Notes under the pieces: model-generated
Told to the model about the DNA's origin: nothing
Databases searched by the model: none
The model's input: the letters and a program-made list of their open reading frames with translations, nothing else
Part shown: piece after piece, positions 39,809-52,112 of the stretch
How positions within the stretch are numbered: the stretch's first letter is position 1
Layout of the letters: every line of letters starts with the position of its first letter
Assembly: GCA_907165135.1 (NCBI GenBank)
Contig: OU015569.1
Coordinates: 10,912,001-10,976,000 of the forward strand
Direction of reading: 5' to 3'
From: Oikopleura dioica
Taxonomy: Eukaryota; Animalia; Chordata
DNA: 64,000 nt
Position numbers and translations under genes: made by a program

Positions 39809-41197
39809 AATCTAAGGTGACTTTTGACCTTTTTAGTTGCCTGCTAGTAGCTTCCTGTATTAAATTTTTATGTGGGTTTATTCATACTAAGGCATTTGAT
39901 TTTGTATTTTTAAGTCATTTCTCGTGACAAGCTGCTTGAATAAACCAAGCGCGAAATAAACGAAAAGCACTTTCTATTCAAGTCCAGCTATAAAAAAAGG
40001 CGAAATGAAATTCATAAAAACACACACAGACCAATTTCCAGCTCTATTCAAAACTCAATCTCGCCTCGACTTTGTCTAATTCTGTCTCTTATCCAAGATT
40101 TTTGGCAATAATATTTTTTGAAAAATTGATTTTTATTCAGGTTTAGTAAGAATTTTCTTTATACAGTGTTTTGATCATACAGTATCTCAAATCTCAGCTT
40201 CAACTTGTAGAGCACACTAAGAATCGTGCTCGTAATTATGGGCGTCCCCCGCGGTACACTAAATGTTTTGAAACTCAAAATTATTTCGAGCAATAAATCC
40301 TCATCTTTCTCAAAATTGTCATAGTAAAAATTCATGTCCAAGTACTTTTCTCGAGCTTTGAAATATAAAAAAGAGTAGTCCCTTGAAAACAGTTGATTTC
40401 TAGCGCGGGAAAGTTGCAGTACTTACATTAGAATTTGTTAACTCTCTCTACAAACTGATTAGTTACAACTGGCGAGTGAGTGATTAAATAGCCGAACGCG
40501 GTCGTAAAACGGAACCGAAAACAATCAGCGCTGGCTTTAACGAAGAATACAAGTACCGCCAAGCGTGAAACTGCTACTACTACCGTTCGCCGACTCTAAT
40601 CAAGGTTTATAACGCACAAGTCAGATCTAACCATAAAATCAGAAAAAAAGAGAACGCGACCATGAGTAGCCCTGCTTTGTGAGAAGAAGCCTTCGTGGTC
40701 TCCAAAATAAAAAAGAAAACAATTAATATCTTTCCTAAAATGAAAACTCTTTTAACCCTATTATTCATGAGTTCAATTTCTGTATTTCTCTTTTTTTAAC
40801 CAATAAATATAAATAAAAGAAAGCAAAGCCGATTCTAAAAAATGTGTTTTTCAAAAAAATCTTCTTGAAATCAACGAAGACTGCTCCATACGACTTTTAT
40901 TGAATAAAATAATCGAAAATATTGAACATCCTTCAAAACTCATTTTCCATCAAAATAATTGCAATTCGTAAATCATAAGTTATGATACTTATTGAATAAC
41001 TTATGATTCATAACTTTCAGAAAAAATAACTCGCGAAATCGTAAAATCAATAATAACGCAGGCTAATAAACCGCTTCTTTAGTACTATTTTCTTCAATGA
41101 TATTTATCTAATTGCAAACAGAAGCGTTCAAATAATAATTTTATTAAAAAAAAGTTAAAACCGCTGTCGATTATTTCCTTGAGCTTGCGAGTACGAC

Positions 41198-41898
41198 CAG
41201 AGTTTGAAATGCTCGCAAATGCTCGCGAGCGAAAAGAGCGAGAGCAAAAATTTATCATTGCTCTGAGAGCAGGGGAGCGGGAGCATGAAAATGAGTTGGC
41301 TCGCGAGCCCGAATTTGAACCCGCTCGCGAGCGCAGAGAGCACGAGCGCATATGTCAGAAATGCTCGGGAGCTAGACGAGCGGGAGCGGCTGCTCTCGTG
41401 CTCGCCATGGAATTGACTCACGAGCGGCTCGCGAGCAAAATTAAAAGAATAATTTTTTCGCATAATTATTCACTTTCATAAATAAATTTCTTTGAGGATC
41501 TATTTTTGGTGTTTTTGGTTTTATGTAAGCTTCATTAGGTCCGTAATCTCGGCAGCAGAATGCGAAAAGCCGAATGTAAACAGATAAAACATGCCCACCG
41601 CGAGGTACTAACTCCTGTGACAGGGACTCATATGGAATTAGTCACGGGGCCGCCGAATCATTTGAGACCCTTGAAGGCTGCTCGCGAGTCAGTTTTTCAG
41701 CTCGAGAGCCGATCGAGCGAGAGCACAATTCGACCAGTGCTCGAGAGCCAAGAGAGCGAGAGCGCGAAATGAAATGCGCTCGCGAGCGCAAAGAGCGCGA
41801 ACTCTGAAATAAATGTGCTCGGGAGCACAAAGAGCATCATGCTCGTGCTCCTCGCTCTCAAGAGAGCCGCTCGCGAGTCACGAAAATTTCAAACTCTG
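41198..41898. mobile_element. hAT-type MITE (family 2), 701 bp, inserted in the last coding exon of 4-TM paralog A
   Basis: TIRs CAGAGTTTGAAAT / ATTTCAAACTCTG; perfect 8-bp TSD AGTACGAC (41190-41197, 41899-41906); arms rich in GCTCGCGAGC/GAGC motifs. Confidence 0.92.
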
Positions 41899-42809
41899 AG
41901 TACGACGGTGGCTGATTTGGATTCGTGTTCACAAAGGCAGCATTTTGTACTTGTTGTTGAGGGACAGTTGGCAGGACAATTGCTTGCTGATTGTTTGGTA
42001 ATTGATAGACGATCCCTGAAAATTTTCTGAGGGCAAAGATTAAATTGAAGAAGTTTACTTCGAGGCTGAGTCTGGATATTCGCATACTGAGGCTGAGAAA
42101 CCACTTGAATTTGCTGGGGTTGAATCTGTTGGCCGATTTGAATGGGTATAACTTCCGGCAGAACGTCGAGAACTGCTTCCGTGTAGCAGCAAGAACTCTG
42201 GTCGCAGCACTTTTGAAAAGATGATTTTATTTTTTGAGTGAAAAATATTGTACCTGACAAGGGGAGCCATAAATGTTGATGATATAGAAAAGAAATCCCC
42301 ATTGAATCGCAAAGCAAATAACTTCCCCAACCAGCATTATTGGATAATAATACCGAAGCCATATCCCGATAGCCGCGACAACATAAAAAAGCACACAGAA
42401 GGAGAAAGAAATCGTAACATACGCCTTTGATTTATTAGTTCAAACAATTAAAATTTAATTCTTTTTACCCAAACCATGACTGTTTTCATTTCCATCTTGA
42501 AACGAGTTTTATCTTGTGTTTTTGAAGAAGAGATGCCGAGAGACGCAGTGGTGATGCCGAGAACACCAGTGAAGATACCCATTCCAAATGTATAACGCCA
42601 TAAGCCAGTAGCGGCTGCATCAGTTCTTTTGGGGGATGTTAAGACTCTTCTTGTTATAAATAACCGATTGTAAATATTTCGAAAACTTTGCAAAATTTAC
42701 ACCCGTTCATTGTCAGGAAGATCGAAATTAGAAGCAAGCCGACAGAATAGTAGTGCACAACATCTTGCAGCGTCTTTCTCTTTCCAAAAGGAGTAGGTTG
42801 ACAACACAT
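41858..42809 (-). CDS. Four-transmembrane protein, paralog A (MS4A/tetraspanin-like topology), Cys cluster and Gln-rich tail with PPSY
   Basis: Spliced product MCCQPTPFGKRKTLQDVVHYYSVGLLLISIF...WRYTFGMGIFTGVLGI...AYVTISFSFCVLFYVVAAIGIW...YPIMLVGEVICFAIQWGFLFYIINIYGSPCQ|...PPSYSEFEIFVTRERLS*. Confidence 0.75.
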
Positions 42810-43051
42810 TTTGCATTATTTTACAAACGCTTCTACATAGGTAGTTGAGCTACGTCTAGCTAAATTCTCGTATTTGAGATGATACTGTTTTATTTATTCT
42901 TCTGAGGAAGGTAAATGCTCAAGTGCTTGTATTAATGGCTTCCATAAATGTAGGAGGTCTTGGCATGTTCATAGGAAAAGGCCTGCAAGTGATTATTTCA
43001 TTCTGTTCCTTGTGGATTTTATTAAGAAAGTGCGCTTATTAATAAATCGAA

Positions 43052-44107
43052 TTAATTTAAGAGTGAGTAGGATGGTGGCTCGTTTGTGTTTTGTTGATCT
43101 TCTTGGTTGACCACGGTAGTAGTCGCCGTCGGCTGCTGCGCGACTGGTTGCAAAAGGAACCCTTGTTGACCGCTTGGGAGCTGGAGAACTAAAAATTTTC
43201 AATGAGGATGTAATAATTCAAGAGTCTTTACTTCGAGGTTGAGTTTGGACATTTGTCAATTGAGCTTGGGGCTGGATATTGATGAATTGAGGTTGAGGAT
43301 CATGCACTTGAATTTGCTGAGGTTGAATCCAGGGTTCCAAATTTTCTGAGCGATGAGCGGAGTTTGAGCGCGAGCGAGCGATCGAAACTCCGCTCAAATT
43401 TTCTGTATTAAAAATTTGGAACCCTGGCTGAATCGGCATTTTTGGTTCAACGATAACATCAAAAATCGGCTCGGTGTAGCAGGGAGATTCTTCGCTGCAG
43501 CACTGAAAAATAGAGCTAGAAGTTAAATTGATATAGAAATACCTGGCAAGGAACACCATAGATGTTAATGATGAAGAAAAGAAATGCAAATTGGATCATA
43601 AAGCAGAGAAGTTCGCCAGGGAGAACATATGGATAGTCTGGGGAATACCTATCATCAGTGAAAACTCCAACGACAATGACGACATAGAAAAAGATGACGA
43701 AGCAGAAGCCCATAGTCACAGAAGCCTAGAATCTTTTGTTACTTTGAAAAATGAGCTTATCGATACCAGAATCATAGCAGTTTTGAAGGCTTCTTTGAAC
43801 TCATCCATTTCCTTTTTCTCGAGCAGAAAATTGCATGAACCGCAGTAGCTATTCCGAAAAGACCGACGAGCGAACCCAATCCAAAAGTCATTGTCCACAG
43901 GAAAGTTGCATACACATCGGTTCTTTGGGCGAATGTAAAACTGTGCCTCTTTTTTAACTGTTTATTTTGCTTTTTTACGAACAAATAACACCCGTTCATA
44001 ATCTGGAAGATTGAAATGAGGAGCAACCCGACGGAATAAAAGAAGACGACATCTTGAAGAGTCTTTCTCTTGGCGCTGTTATCAGTGGTCTCAGGTGGAC
44101 AGCCCAT
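43052..44107 (-). pseudogene. 4-TM paralog B; frameshifted as assembled (A5 run at 43813-43817) and carrying an in-frame MITE
   Basis: Colinear with paralogs A and C, with the same intron positions; the frame switches between FCSRK and KEMDEFKEAFKTAMIL; ends EPPSYSLLN*. Confidence 0.65.
43330..43426. mobile_element. hAT-type MITE (family 2), 97 bp, inside a coding exon
   Basis: Perfect 16-bp TIRs CAGGGTTCCAAATTTT / AAAATTTGGAACCCTG; TSD GTTGAATC / GCTGAATC (7/8); internal GAGC motifs. Confidence 0.88.
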
Positions 44108-44362
44108 TTTTTATGTAAAGCTATTCTGCTGCGTAAAAATTAAAAATTGCAACACTCCACGGAGCGGGCGACAACGAAGTGAGGAAAAAAGAAAGGCGCT
44201 TTACGAAAATACGTTACGCGCAAAAACATGATTTTGATCATTATTTTCTTCAACGAACTTTATTTCGCAGATGAATATCAATTTTTTCCTCTTTGTAAAT
44301 TTTATTATAAAATGAATACAGGATGATACAATAAATCAGGAAGATAAGGATGAGAAGAAGGT

Positions 44363-45291
44363 TTATTTCAGCACTAAATATAAATTCTCTGTTATAAAAG
44401 AAGACGTTCACGTCCTTTTCTACCTTCGTCGTTCTTGAACGCGGCATTTGCCACTGGTGCCGCATGGGCGAGTGGTGCCTGCGCAATAGGTTGCAAAACA
44501 TATGCTTGCTGCCCACCAGGTAGTTGGTAAACGATACCTAAGAAATTTATCGCTAAAAGAAAATTTTATTGACTTTACTTTGAGGTGGAGATGCGATGTT
44601 CATGATTTGAGGTTGTGCATTTACTGGAATTTGTTGGGCTTGAAAAGGTCTCGTTTCAGGGAGAACGTCGAGTATCGCTTCAGTATAGCAGCAGGAGTCT
44701 TTGCTGCAGCACTTTTAAAGAAGATATCTGTCAGTTGATGCCTAGAGTAGTACCTGGCAAGGAGCACCATAGATGTTTATAATGTAGAAAAGAAAGCCCC
44801 ATTGTATCATAAAGCAAAGAAGCTCGCCAACCATCATTATTGGATAATAATAATAATACATAAACGTTCCTATACCCTGAACAAGATAAAAAAATATGCA
44901 GAAGGACCAACCAATCGTTACGTAAGCCTGAAAAGTTTGAATATCTTACTTAGCCGAAATTTTAAGCATCAAACCAAAATAATAACTGTCTTGAAAGCAC
45001 TTTTAAAGTTTTCGATATCTTTTATTTTCGAGTACGAAATGCCCAAAGATCCGGTTGTGATTCCAAAAATACCGACGACGCAACCTAGTCCAAATGGATA
45101 GCTCCATATACCAGTTGTCGCTGCATCACATCTTTTTATGGATGTTTCAGCAAGGTTTATTTAACTCTTTTGAATTTTTAGCACCCTTTCATAATCTGGA
45201 AAATTGAAATAAGGAGTAAACCTACAGAATAAAAGTGAACAACATCTTGTAGTGATTTTCTCTTCCCATTATTATTAGGTGGACAACACAT
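44363..45291 (-). CDS. 4-TM paralog C
   Basis: MCCPPNNNGKRKSLQDVVHFYSVGLLLISIFQIMKG|...WSYPFGLGCVVGIFGI...AYVTIGWSFCIFFYLVQGIG...YPIMMVGELLCFMIQWGFLFYIINIYGAPCQ|CCSKDSCCYTEAILDV...; the last exon boundary is uncertain (stop at 44363 or 44392). Confidence 0.75.
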
Positions 45292-46371
45292 TTTGCTTTA
45301 TGAAACTAATCTCTATTTGAGCTTCTCCTAGTTCTATTTATTTTCGGAACTTGAGTAAATGTTCCACTGCTTGTAAATGGCTTCGATAAGTGTAGGAAAA
45401 ACTGTGTCTACTTAGGATGAGAGTGTCCATTTTTTTTCGCGAACTTCCGAAAAAAAATTATCTGAACTTTATTTAAAACTTTGAAGGCTTATGTAAAGAT
45501 GCTCGAAATTTGGCGAAATCGATTTTCATAATAAACGGATGGAGAAAGCCTTCGGTCGCTGAATAATTGAAAGCGACTTCCTGCGAGGTGACGACTTTGT
45601 TTAGATTACGATATTCTGGCTTGCTTCTGAGATGTATTTCTTTTCCTGACAACTACCATCCCTTGCATCATGCTTCCGTTGAATTCATCGCAGCCAGAAT
45701 TTTAGAGGCGATTCTAACGCCGTGGAATGAGCAAATTTGGGGGCTTATAGGTTTCATATGGATTATGGAGGTCTTTGATTGGCTTCGGGAAGGAATACGG
45801 GCTTTTTATTGGCTGAAAAGGCAAAGCTTTCTCTGATGATTGGAGGTTGATGATTTATTCAGTTGTTTTCTATAAAAGGTCGTAATTTACAGAGAGATAC
45901 AGTGACTAAACGTTTTTTTCCTTCGATAAGAATCTATTTTATACAAATTGAGACGTATACAAAATCTGCAAATAGATATTTTTGCGATAGATATTTTTGC
46001 GAGTTAACAAGCTCGCAGATTGTAGCGGCTCCGATTTATCTCAATGTTTTTCAATGTTGTTTTCCGCTAAAAATTGTCATCGACTTTTTCTGCGAAGGAG
46101 AATGAGGGACGCAAAAAGTGCAAGAGGTGCAATAACTTTTGGAGTTGGTTTTCTACATGATCTTTGGATTAATTCAGGGGCGATTGGGATTAAGCTTGCG
46201 CGCCAAATGTCGACTTAAAGGGTTGAAGCCATTATCATTTATACTGTGGATGCAAAGGGATCAGCCACTGTGTAAACGGTCGTAACGATGGATAAACTCT
46301 GTTTAGAGCTGTCTACGACGCATCTTGAGAATGTGATACATGCACAAATTGAGCGACTTCCAACCCCGATC

Positions 46372-46693
46372 CTAAAAGTCTTCGTCGCTCCCCACTGGAT
46401 GACTCGGCACGTCTGGAAAATCGTCGAAACAGATTTCCGCTAAAATGGATCGCTGAGTACAGTTCTAGCCCCAAAAATAAATTCCTTTCTACAACAAGAA
46501 AAGAAAGGCTCCTTGTTACTTACGTTGGATATTTTCCTGAACATTTGGCGAGACGATGCTTGGGCTGATGATTTGAGCTTGAGGTGTCTTTTCTAGTGAG
46601 GCTTTACGAGAGGCGGCGGAGGAGCTTGAGTTGCTCTTCGTGAGAGGAAGTTTGCCGAGGAGTTTGGAAACGCTTCTTCTGAAACTGCGGCCT
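46372..46693 (-). CDS. Unknown Ser-rich protein fragment (2 exons, 5' end unresolved)
   Basis: RSFRRSVSKLLGKLPL...VQENIQ, a strong donor GTAAGT, then ...EICFDDFPDVPSHPVGSDEDF*. Confidence 0.3.
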
Positions 46694-47115
46694 GAACAAC
46701 AAGTTTGGGCTATGCTTTTAACTTCAACTTTGAAAGAGAAGCGATCTGGGCAAGGGAGATGATCCAGATTGCCCGTGACTGACAGAAGTTATTGAAGCTC
46801 ATCTAAAACCCGTCGACGATGATCTGCGCGGCCATCTTGTGGCCCAATATTAGAGAACTGGTGTTATCTCATTGCTTTTCCTTCACGATTTCAGAAGATA
46901 AAAAAGAACGAAAATGAAAATACTCCAGTTCGCGCTGGCCTTATTCAACTGCAGCTACGGGTATTATTTAATTTAGAACCTAATCGAAATGAAGCTAACT
47001 GTAATTGACAGGCAACGAGAGTCACACAGACTACAGAGATTCTTTTCGCCAGTCATTGCTCCTAGAAAAAGACAAGCTCTAGGCCTGCATGATGAAAAAC
47101 ATGGAAGAGGTAAAA

Positions 47116-47228
47116 CTCGGCTCGGCAAGCTGTGCAGGAAACCTGAGTCAGGGACTGAAAGCGGCTTTACATTTGAGCTCTTTTAGACCTACCTGACTCA
47201 GGATTTCTGCACAGATTTCCGAGCCCAG
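47116..47228. mobile_element. MITE family 1, 113 bp
   Basis: CTCGGCTCGGCAAGCTGTGCAGGAAACCTGAGTCAGG / CCTGACTCAGGATTTCTGCACAGATTTCCGAGCCCAG inverted arms; no TSD retained. Confidence 0.75.
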
Positions 47229-47919
47229 AAAGATCGTATAATAATATACGTAAAAGCAAATTTTTATTGAATATAACATGTAATAGAATTTCTCGTTGCT
47301 TATTCAGTCGTGAGAGTCAGTCAGATTGGATCGAAAATCACTCGTATATGAATCTATCTTCTATCAATAACTGATGTTTATTGAAAATGCTCATACCGCA
47401 ATTTAACATAAATAATCTAGATCTGGCTGTTAACCTATTTCAGTATACACTGGCAAAATTTCTGCTCACGACAAACACGACAAAATTCTCCAGCTCTCTG
47501 ACATTATGTAGGAGTTTGATAGCTTCGAAAAACAATGAAGGAAAGACTCTTCAAACTCCGGAAAGATACCTATTGGAAAATTCGCACGCGCCAGAAATGA
47601 TCATTTACAACAAATAAGGACGAAGTAAACGCTTGCTTTTTTTAATAGAACTTCTAATAAACGCTTCTCTTGTTTTGGAAAGCTTCTTATTTACCTCTCT
47701 GCTCTTGTGCCATTTTCAAAAATAAACCAAAAGAAGGGCGGAAGCTCCATAATCACCGACCCCTGAGATTTCATGATAGCGAGGGCGCAAAGGAGCTAAT
47801 CGGCATATCATGAAGAAATTACGAAAACTTTCAGCGATATATTATATAAGACTTAATAATTAGTGATTGAGCTTGGCTAAAAGATAAAAAATCAGATCTT
47901 GACAAAAATCTGCGCTGAA

Positions 47920-48013
47920 TCTACCGGGGCCCAGTGTAGCCAAGTGGCTATGGCCCCCTCAGCTCCGGTTGATCTTAGATCCCGTCGATAGCGAGGGCGC
48001 GAGTTCGAGACCC
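47920..48013 (+). mobile_element. tRNA-derived (SINE-head-like) sequence
   Basis: A-box TAGCCAAGTGG, D-stem GCCA/TGGC, CCCTC/GAGGG stem, B-box GAGTTCGAGAC; the acceptor and T stems do not pair. Confidence 0.45.
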
Positions 48014-49714
48014 ATTAGAATCAACGACTAATGTACCAGAAAAGTGGGAAGTCGGATATGGGTGTCCAGAATAGGACCAGAAATGAACTCCAACAGAAAA
48101 AAACCGACAGGATCCGGCCGGCCTGGGTTTCTTGGAGTAGCGAGTTGGCCATTAGCACTCCAAGTTTTTTTTTCTTGAAATCAATAAAATCTTTGTTATA
48201 AAAAAAATTCACTATTTACATTGTTTAGCCCTTTATAATGTTAAAGATAAGATAACAGTGTTTTAAGAAGAGTATTTGACACAGTTTTAGCGAAAGCCTT
48301 TGCACTGTACCAAAAATACGATCATATCGAAAATCTCCACCGCACCTTCCGGGGCCAAATAGCCGAGGTGGCTTGGTTCCCCCGCCCGACGGCAGGCTTA
48401 TGCAACCAGGCCACCAGATGGTTGTATTGTCAAATTGACAAAGACTGTATTACAGTGTTGAAGCCGAGCCCAGTCCTAAGAACAGTCCGGACCATAAGTC
48501 TGAGAGGCTTGACTTAAGGGTATGGAGATCTGGGAGAATTCCTCCTCGGATAAAGGAGTAGAGCGGTGGAGCCGCTTTGCTGCTAGCTATGCTAGTAGGA
48601 ATTCGTGGACGACTTTATATCTCAAGCGAAGTACCCAGGGTTCCGTTTCGGCTGAGGAAAGCTTGAGATTAAGTCGGCCTCAGACAAAATCAAGGAAAAA
48701 AACTCAGTCAAAGCCGGATTCCGGAGTTCGGAGAGGCTGGGTTTCTTGGTGTTCGCCTGGCCAATGAACAGTTCAAGTTTTTGACCAAATTAAATAATTT
48801 AATGCATTTTGGATGAACTTATTTACAGGAAAAGAAATGTCATCTCTAAAATTGTCTGTTGGGAAGTTCGCGCTGATGTTTGATTCATCATCTACGGCGG
48901 CCGAGGATGAATATTTCACCGCGTGTTCGATACACAGAGATACAAGGCAATTACAGCCCCAACATATTATTTTTTTTCCTAACAATGCGACATGGATATG
49001 GACGAGGACGGCGAAACAGACAACGAGATATGAATCGAATCAGAGAGAGCTTTTTTAAATTTACGCTTCTTCTTCCTCTTTATATTAATTTTTATGAAAA
49101 GAAACATTTTTCAAGAGCTCGATTTTTAGCGAGTTCAGTGTTTTTACAATCAACCATTTCAACACTCGGGAAAAGAAAGCAGCCGATTTCGTCATTCCAG
49201 GTTTTGTTTTTCAAAAGCAGGCGACAGAAAAAACCTTTTCTAGCGGCGGTGATTCTAGCGCTTTTATTCTTCGTCGCCGTGTTGAATCGCATCGCGAATT
49301 TGGACGACACTTTCTGCGGCTGTGTGTTTTGCAAGTTGCAGAATAATTCCTTCTGCGTTGGCTTGAACGATGAGTTTAGCAACATTTCGACAGTCAATAT
49401 TTTATTCTACGGCATCGTTTCGTTTGATTGAATCGTTTTTTTAACTGTAGCCAGGACTCGTTATTCCGAATTCGTGCCGTTTGCAACTTTCACCCTGAAA
49501 AAAAACCGTGAAATCGTCGAAATTCTAGCGTAAGGTCCAATAAAAACTTTCGCGAGGAGAGTTCGTGGGGACCGAAAGAAACCTCAGGGCTCGTGCTGCC
49601 TTTCGTCAATTTAGGGTTTTTTAGAACAAACTTTTCTTTCAAGAAAACAGACCTTCGCGTTGTACCACTAACGTTTTACCACTGAAAAATCCTTTTTATA
49701 ACGCGAGTTTTTAT

Positions 49715-49786
49715 GAGAATCGACCCCGGGACTCCCTCCTCCGAGCAGCGACACACGACCACTACGCTACCCGTCCCCGGTAGACT
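49715..49786 (-). mobile_element. Second tRNA-derived (SINE-head-like) sequence
   Basis: The minus strand begins TCTACCGGGG like the 47920 copy; A-box TAGCGTAGTGG and B-box-like GGGTCGATTCTC. Confidence 0.4.
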
Positions 49787-50374
49787 AACTCTTTTCCCAT
49801 TTTACTTTCTTCAACTTTTTTTTTCTTGATGAGTCATCAATGATGACATTAATTGAGTGATTCAAGGTCAGCGGCGCATTACTTGTTCCTCAGAGACAAC
49901 CCTAACCTTCTTCCTGAAGAAAAAAAGGTGTAAAAATCGGAATAACTAGCCCTGACTGCAGTCACCAAAATACAGATAAGACCGCCTAGTTATGGAAATG
50001 CTGTCACAGTTATATTTTGAGAAGGATTTCCGATCTGCAAGTGGCAATTATTCTCGCTCGCCAAAGTGTTGAAAAAGGTCGATGAGGGCGGTCGGAAGGA
50101 AATGGTGAAAATCCAGAAAGCATTTCCGCTTCCCATCCGTTTATCGTTTCATATAAACACTCATCCCTTCCACGTCGGATCCTTTCTACCCTCGTAAAAT
50201 GAAAATAATCATGCCGTATAAGCAGATTTAATAATTACGTTACTTTTTACGATTTTTTAGGATTATAGTTTTGAAAAAAAACATGGAAATAATACTTCCC
50301 CACCGATTTCTGACGTTTTTGTTCTTTGGAAAACGTATTTTGGTAGCCGAGTGGGTATTGTACAGTAGGCCACC

Positions 50375-51881
50375 ATGGACTTTGACAGTAGTAAGCGAGG
50401 TGTTAGTCCAGATTCAGCTGGGGAAGGTTATCAGCTCGGTTGCTCCAGCTGTGCTGCGCCAGGCGAGATTTATTCCATTCTCGTGAATAAGAAAGCCCAA
50501 ATCAGCATCACCCAGCCAGTCGACGTAAAATGACGATGACGGAAAAGACGAAACCTGTTTCCACTTACAGCTACGACTTCCCGCCCCAAAACAGGTAGGA
50601 TAAGAGAAACACTCGCTTACAGTAATCAAATTATGCTCCACAAACTGTGTACAGCATTTCGGCTCGAGTTTTTAGGTATCTTGATGAATTTTAAGAAGCT
50701 ACAGTAGGTCATAAGCAGTATTAGGACTCTATCGTTAGGGTTTAGTAGTCAAGTCCTGAATAGGAAGTGATCTTTATTTCAGTTTTCCTGTCAATTAATC
50801 CAACTAAAAATCTATCTCCTGAATATTTATAATCAAACTTAAAGTTTTTAATAAATAGGTACCTTAATCCACTCAATCGGTACTCCCTCGACAAGAAATT
50901 AAGGATATCATCTATTAAAATTTAATCTAACGAACGATCCTTAGATGGCAGAACGCAGACGACTACTGGTTTCCAAATGATAGCAACTCGATTGGCGGCT
51001 CAAACTATTCCTCTGCGGATGAACTTTACCGCCTCTGCGAGTCCTACCAGAACAACAATGAGTATTCCTTCCAGCAAGTTGCCTGTGTCCAATTTCCCTT
51101 TCAAAATTCATACAATACCAAGTGCGATGAACTTTGTGAGTGGTCCTGTAAACAGTGTAAGGTAAAAGCGATTTTTCTTTTGATGAAATCAAGGAAGAAA
51201 ATTTCTGAATGACTCCCTAAATTCATTATTAAAAATACTTCGCCTCAAGGTTAAATTCGGTCTTTATTTCCGTAAAGGTAAAAATTGAGCGTTTGAATTT
51301 CAATTTCCTAGAATTAAGCCTCTAAGAGTCTTAGAGTAAGACTGTAATAAACATATTTTAAGAAACGTGATCCATCAGATCGCCGCCGAAACGCAACCCT
51401 TCGGGAGAGAAGACGCCTCAAGCGAGTGAACGAAGCATACGATGGCCTAAAAAGATGCGCTGTACGGTAAGAAGTTGATACAGTCGCGTCGTAAACAATT
51501 GCGTGACCTGTTGTATTTTCAGAAATCCCTCGCAGCGCCTGCCAAAAGTGCAAATTCTGAGGGCGGCGATCCAACGCATTGAGCAACTGCAGCAAATATT
51601 GTACACGGACGATCAGCTCAGAGGCAAATTGCTAATAAATAACCGTTTAATAATGCATTCTAGCACTGAAATCACGCGTGGAAGGGAGCAAAGTCAAACT
51701 CACTCCATATTCGCGGGTAAATAAATAAAAAGCTAATAAGGAATGTTAAAGCAATTAGTCCTCAAATTCACTCGCTCCTTGAACCTCTTTCTAGCCCTCA
51801 AAATACTCTACCAACAACGCTAGCTCTGGAACCGAGCTCGGCAGCCTCAACGAACTAGTCAAGAAACTCGGCAGCCCATGA
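50375..51881 (+). CDS. MRF: Myogenic regulatory factor (MyoD/MRF bHLH); start at 50375 or 50530
   Basis: CEWSCKQCK|KRDPSDRRRNATLRERRRLKRVNEAYDGLKRCAVR|NPSQRLPKVQILRAAIQRIEQLQ; GC-AG intron 51624-51663; last exon 51795-51881 encodes helix-III-like ELGSLNELVKKLGSP*. Confidence 0.95.
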
Positions 51882-52112
51882 AAAAATAGGCCGACGATCA
51901 ATTTATTTCTTTCTTCAAGTCTCTTTATTCTGATATTTCTTTGTTCAATTCTCTCTTGCCCTTTTTTTGCATGCCTTTTACTAACATGCTAACATTCATC
52001 AATCTATATAGTCTATATAATATAGACTATACAATATAGTGTGTTAACTAATTAAAACATTTTTTTTATCAAATAAGTGAACATAAAAGTATAAATAAAG
52101 TGAGAACAGAGA

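Noticed and set aside
40159-40600. Possible gene fragment KAREKYLDMNFYY...
   Set aside because: The upstream exon has an in-frame stop before the donor; no coherent model.
41094-41830. ORFs rich in ARE/SRS/RAR repeats on both strands
   Set aside because: Translations of the GCTCGCGAGC arms of the family-2 MITE.
33149-43817. Programmed ribosomal frameshifting as a genome-wide system
   Set aside because: All the shifts are single-base shortfalls in homopolymers, typical of long-read consensus error. Recorded only as a check item.
47920-48013. Functional intron-containing tRNA gene
   Set aside because: The acceptor and T-psi-C stems do not base-pair; kept only as a tRNA-derived element.
48800-49431. 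Overlapping ORFs on both strands (48813-49058, 48880-49431, 49092-49397)
   Set aside because: No recognisable domain, codon bias or consistent splice model.
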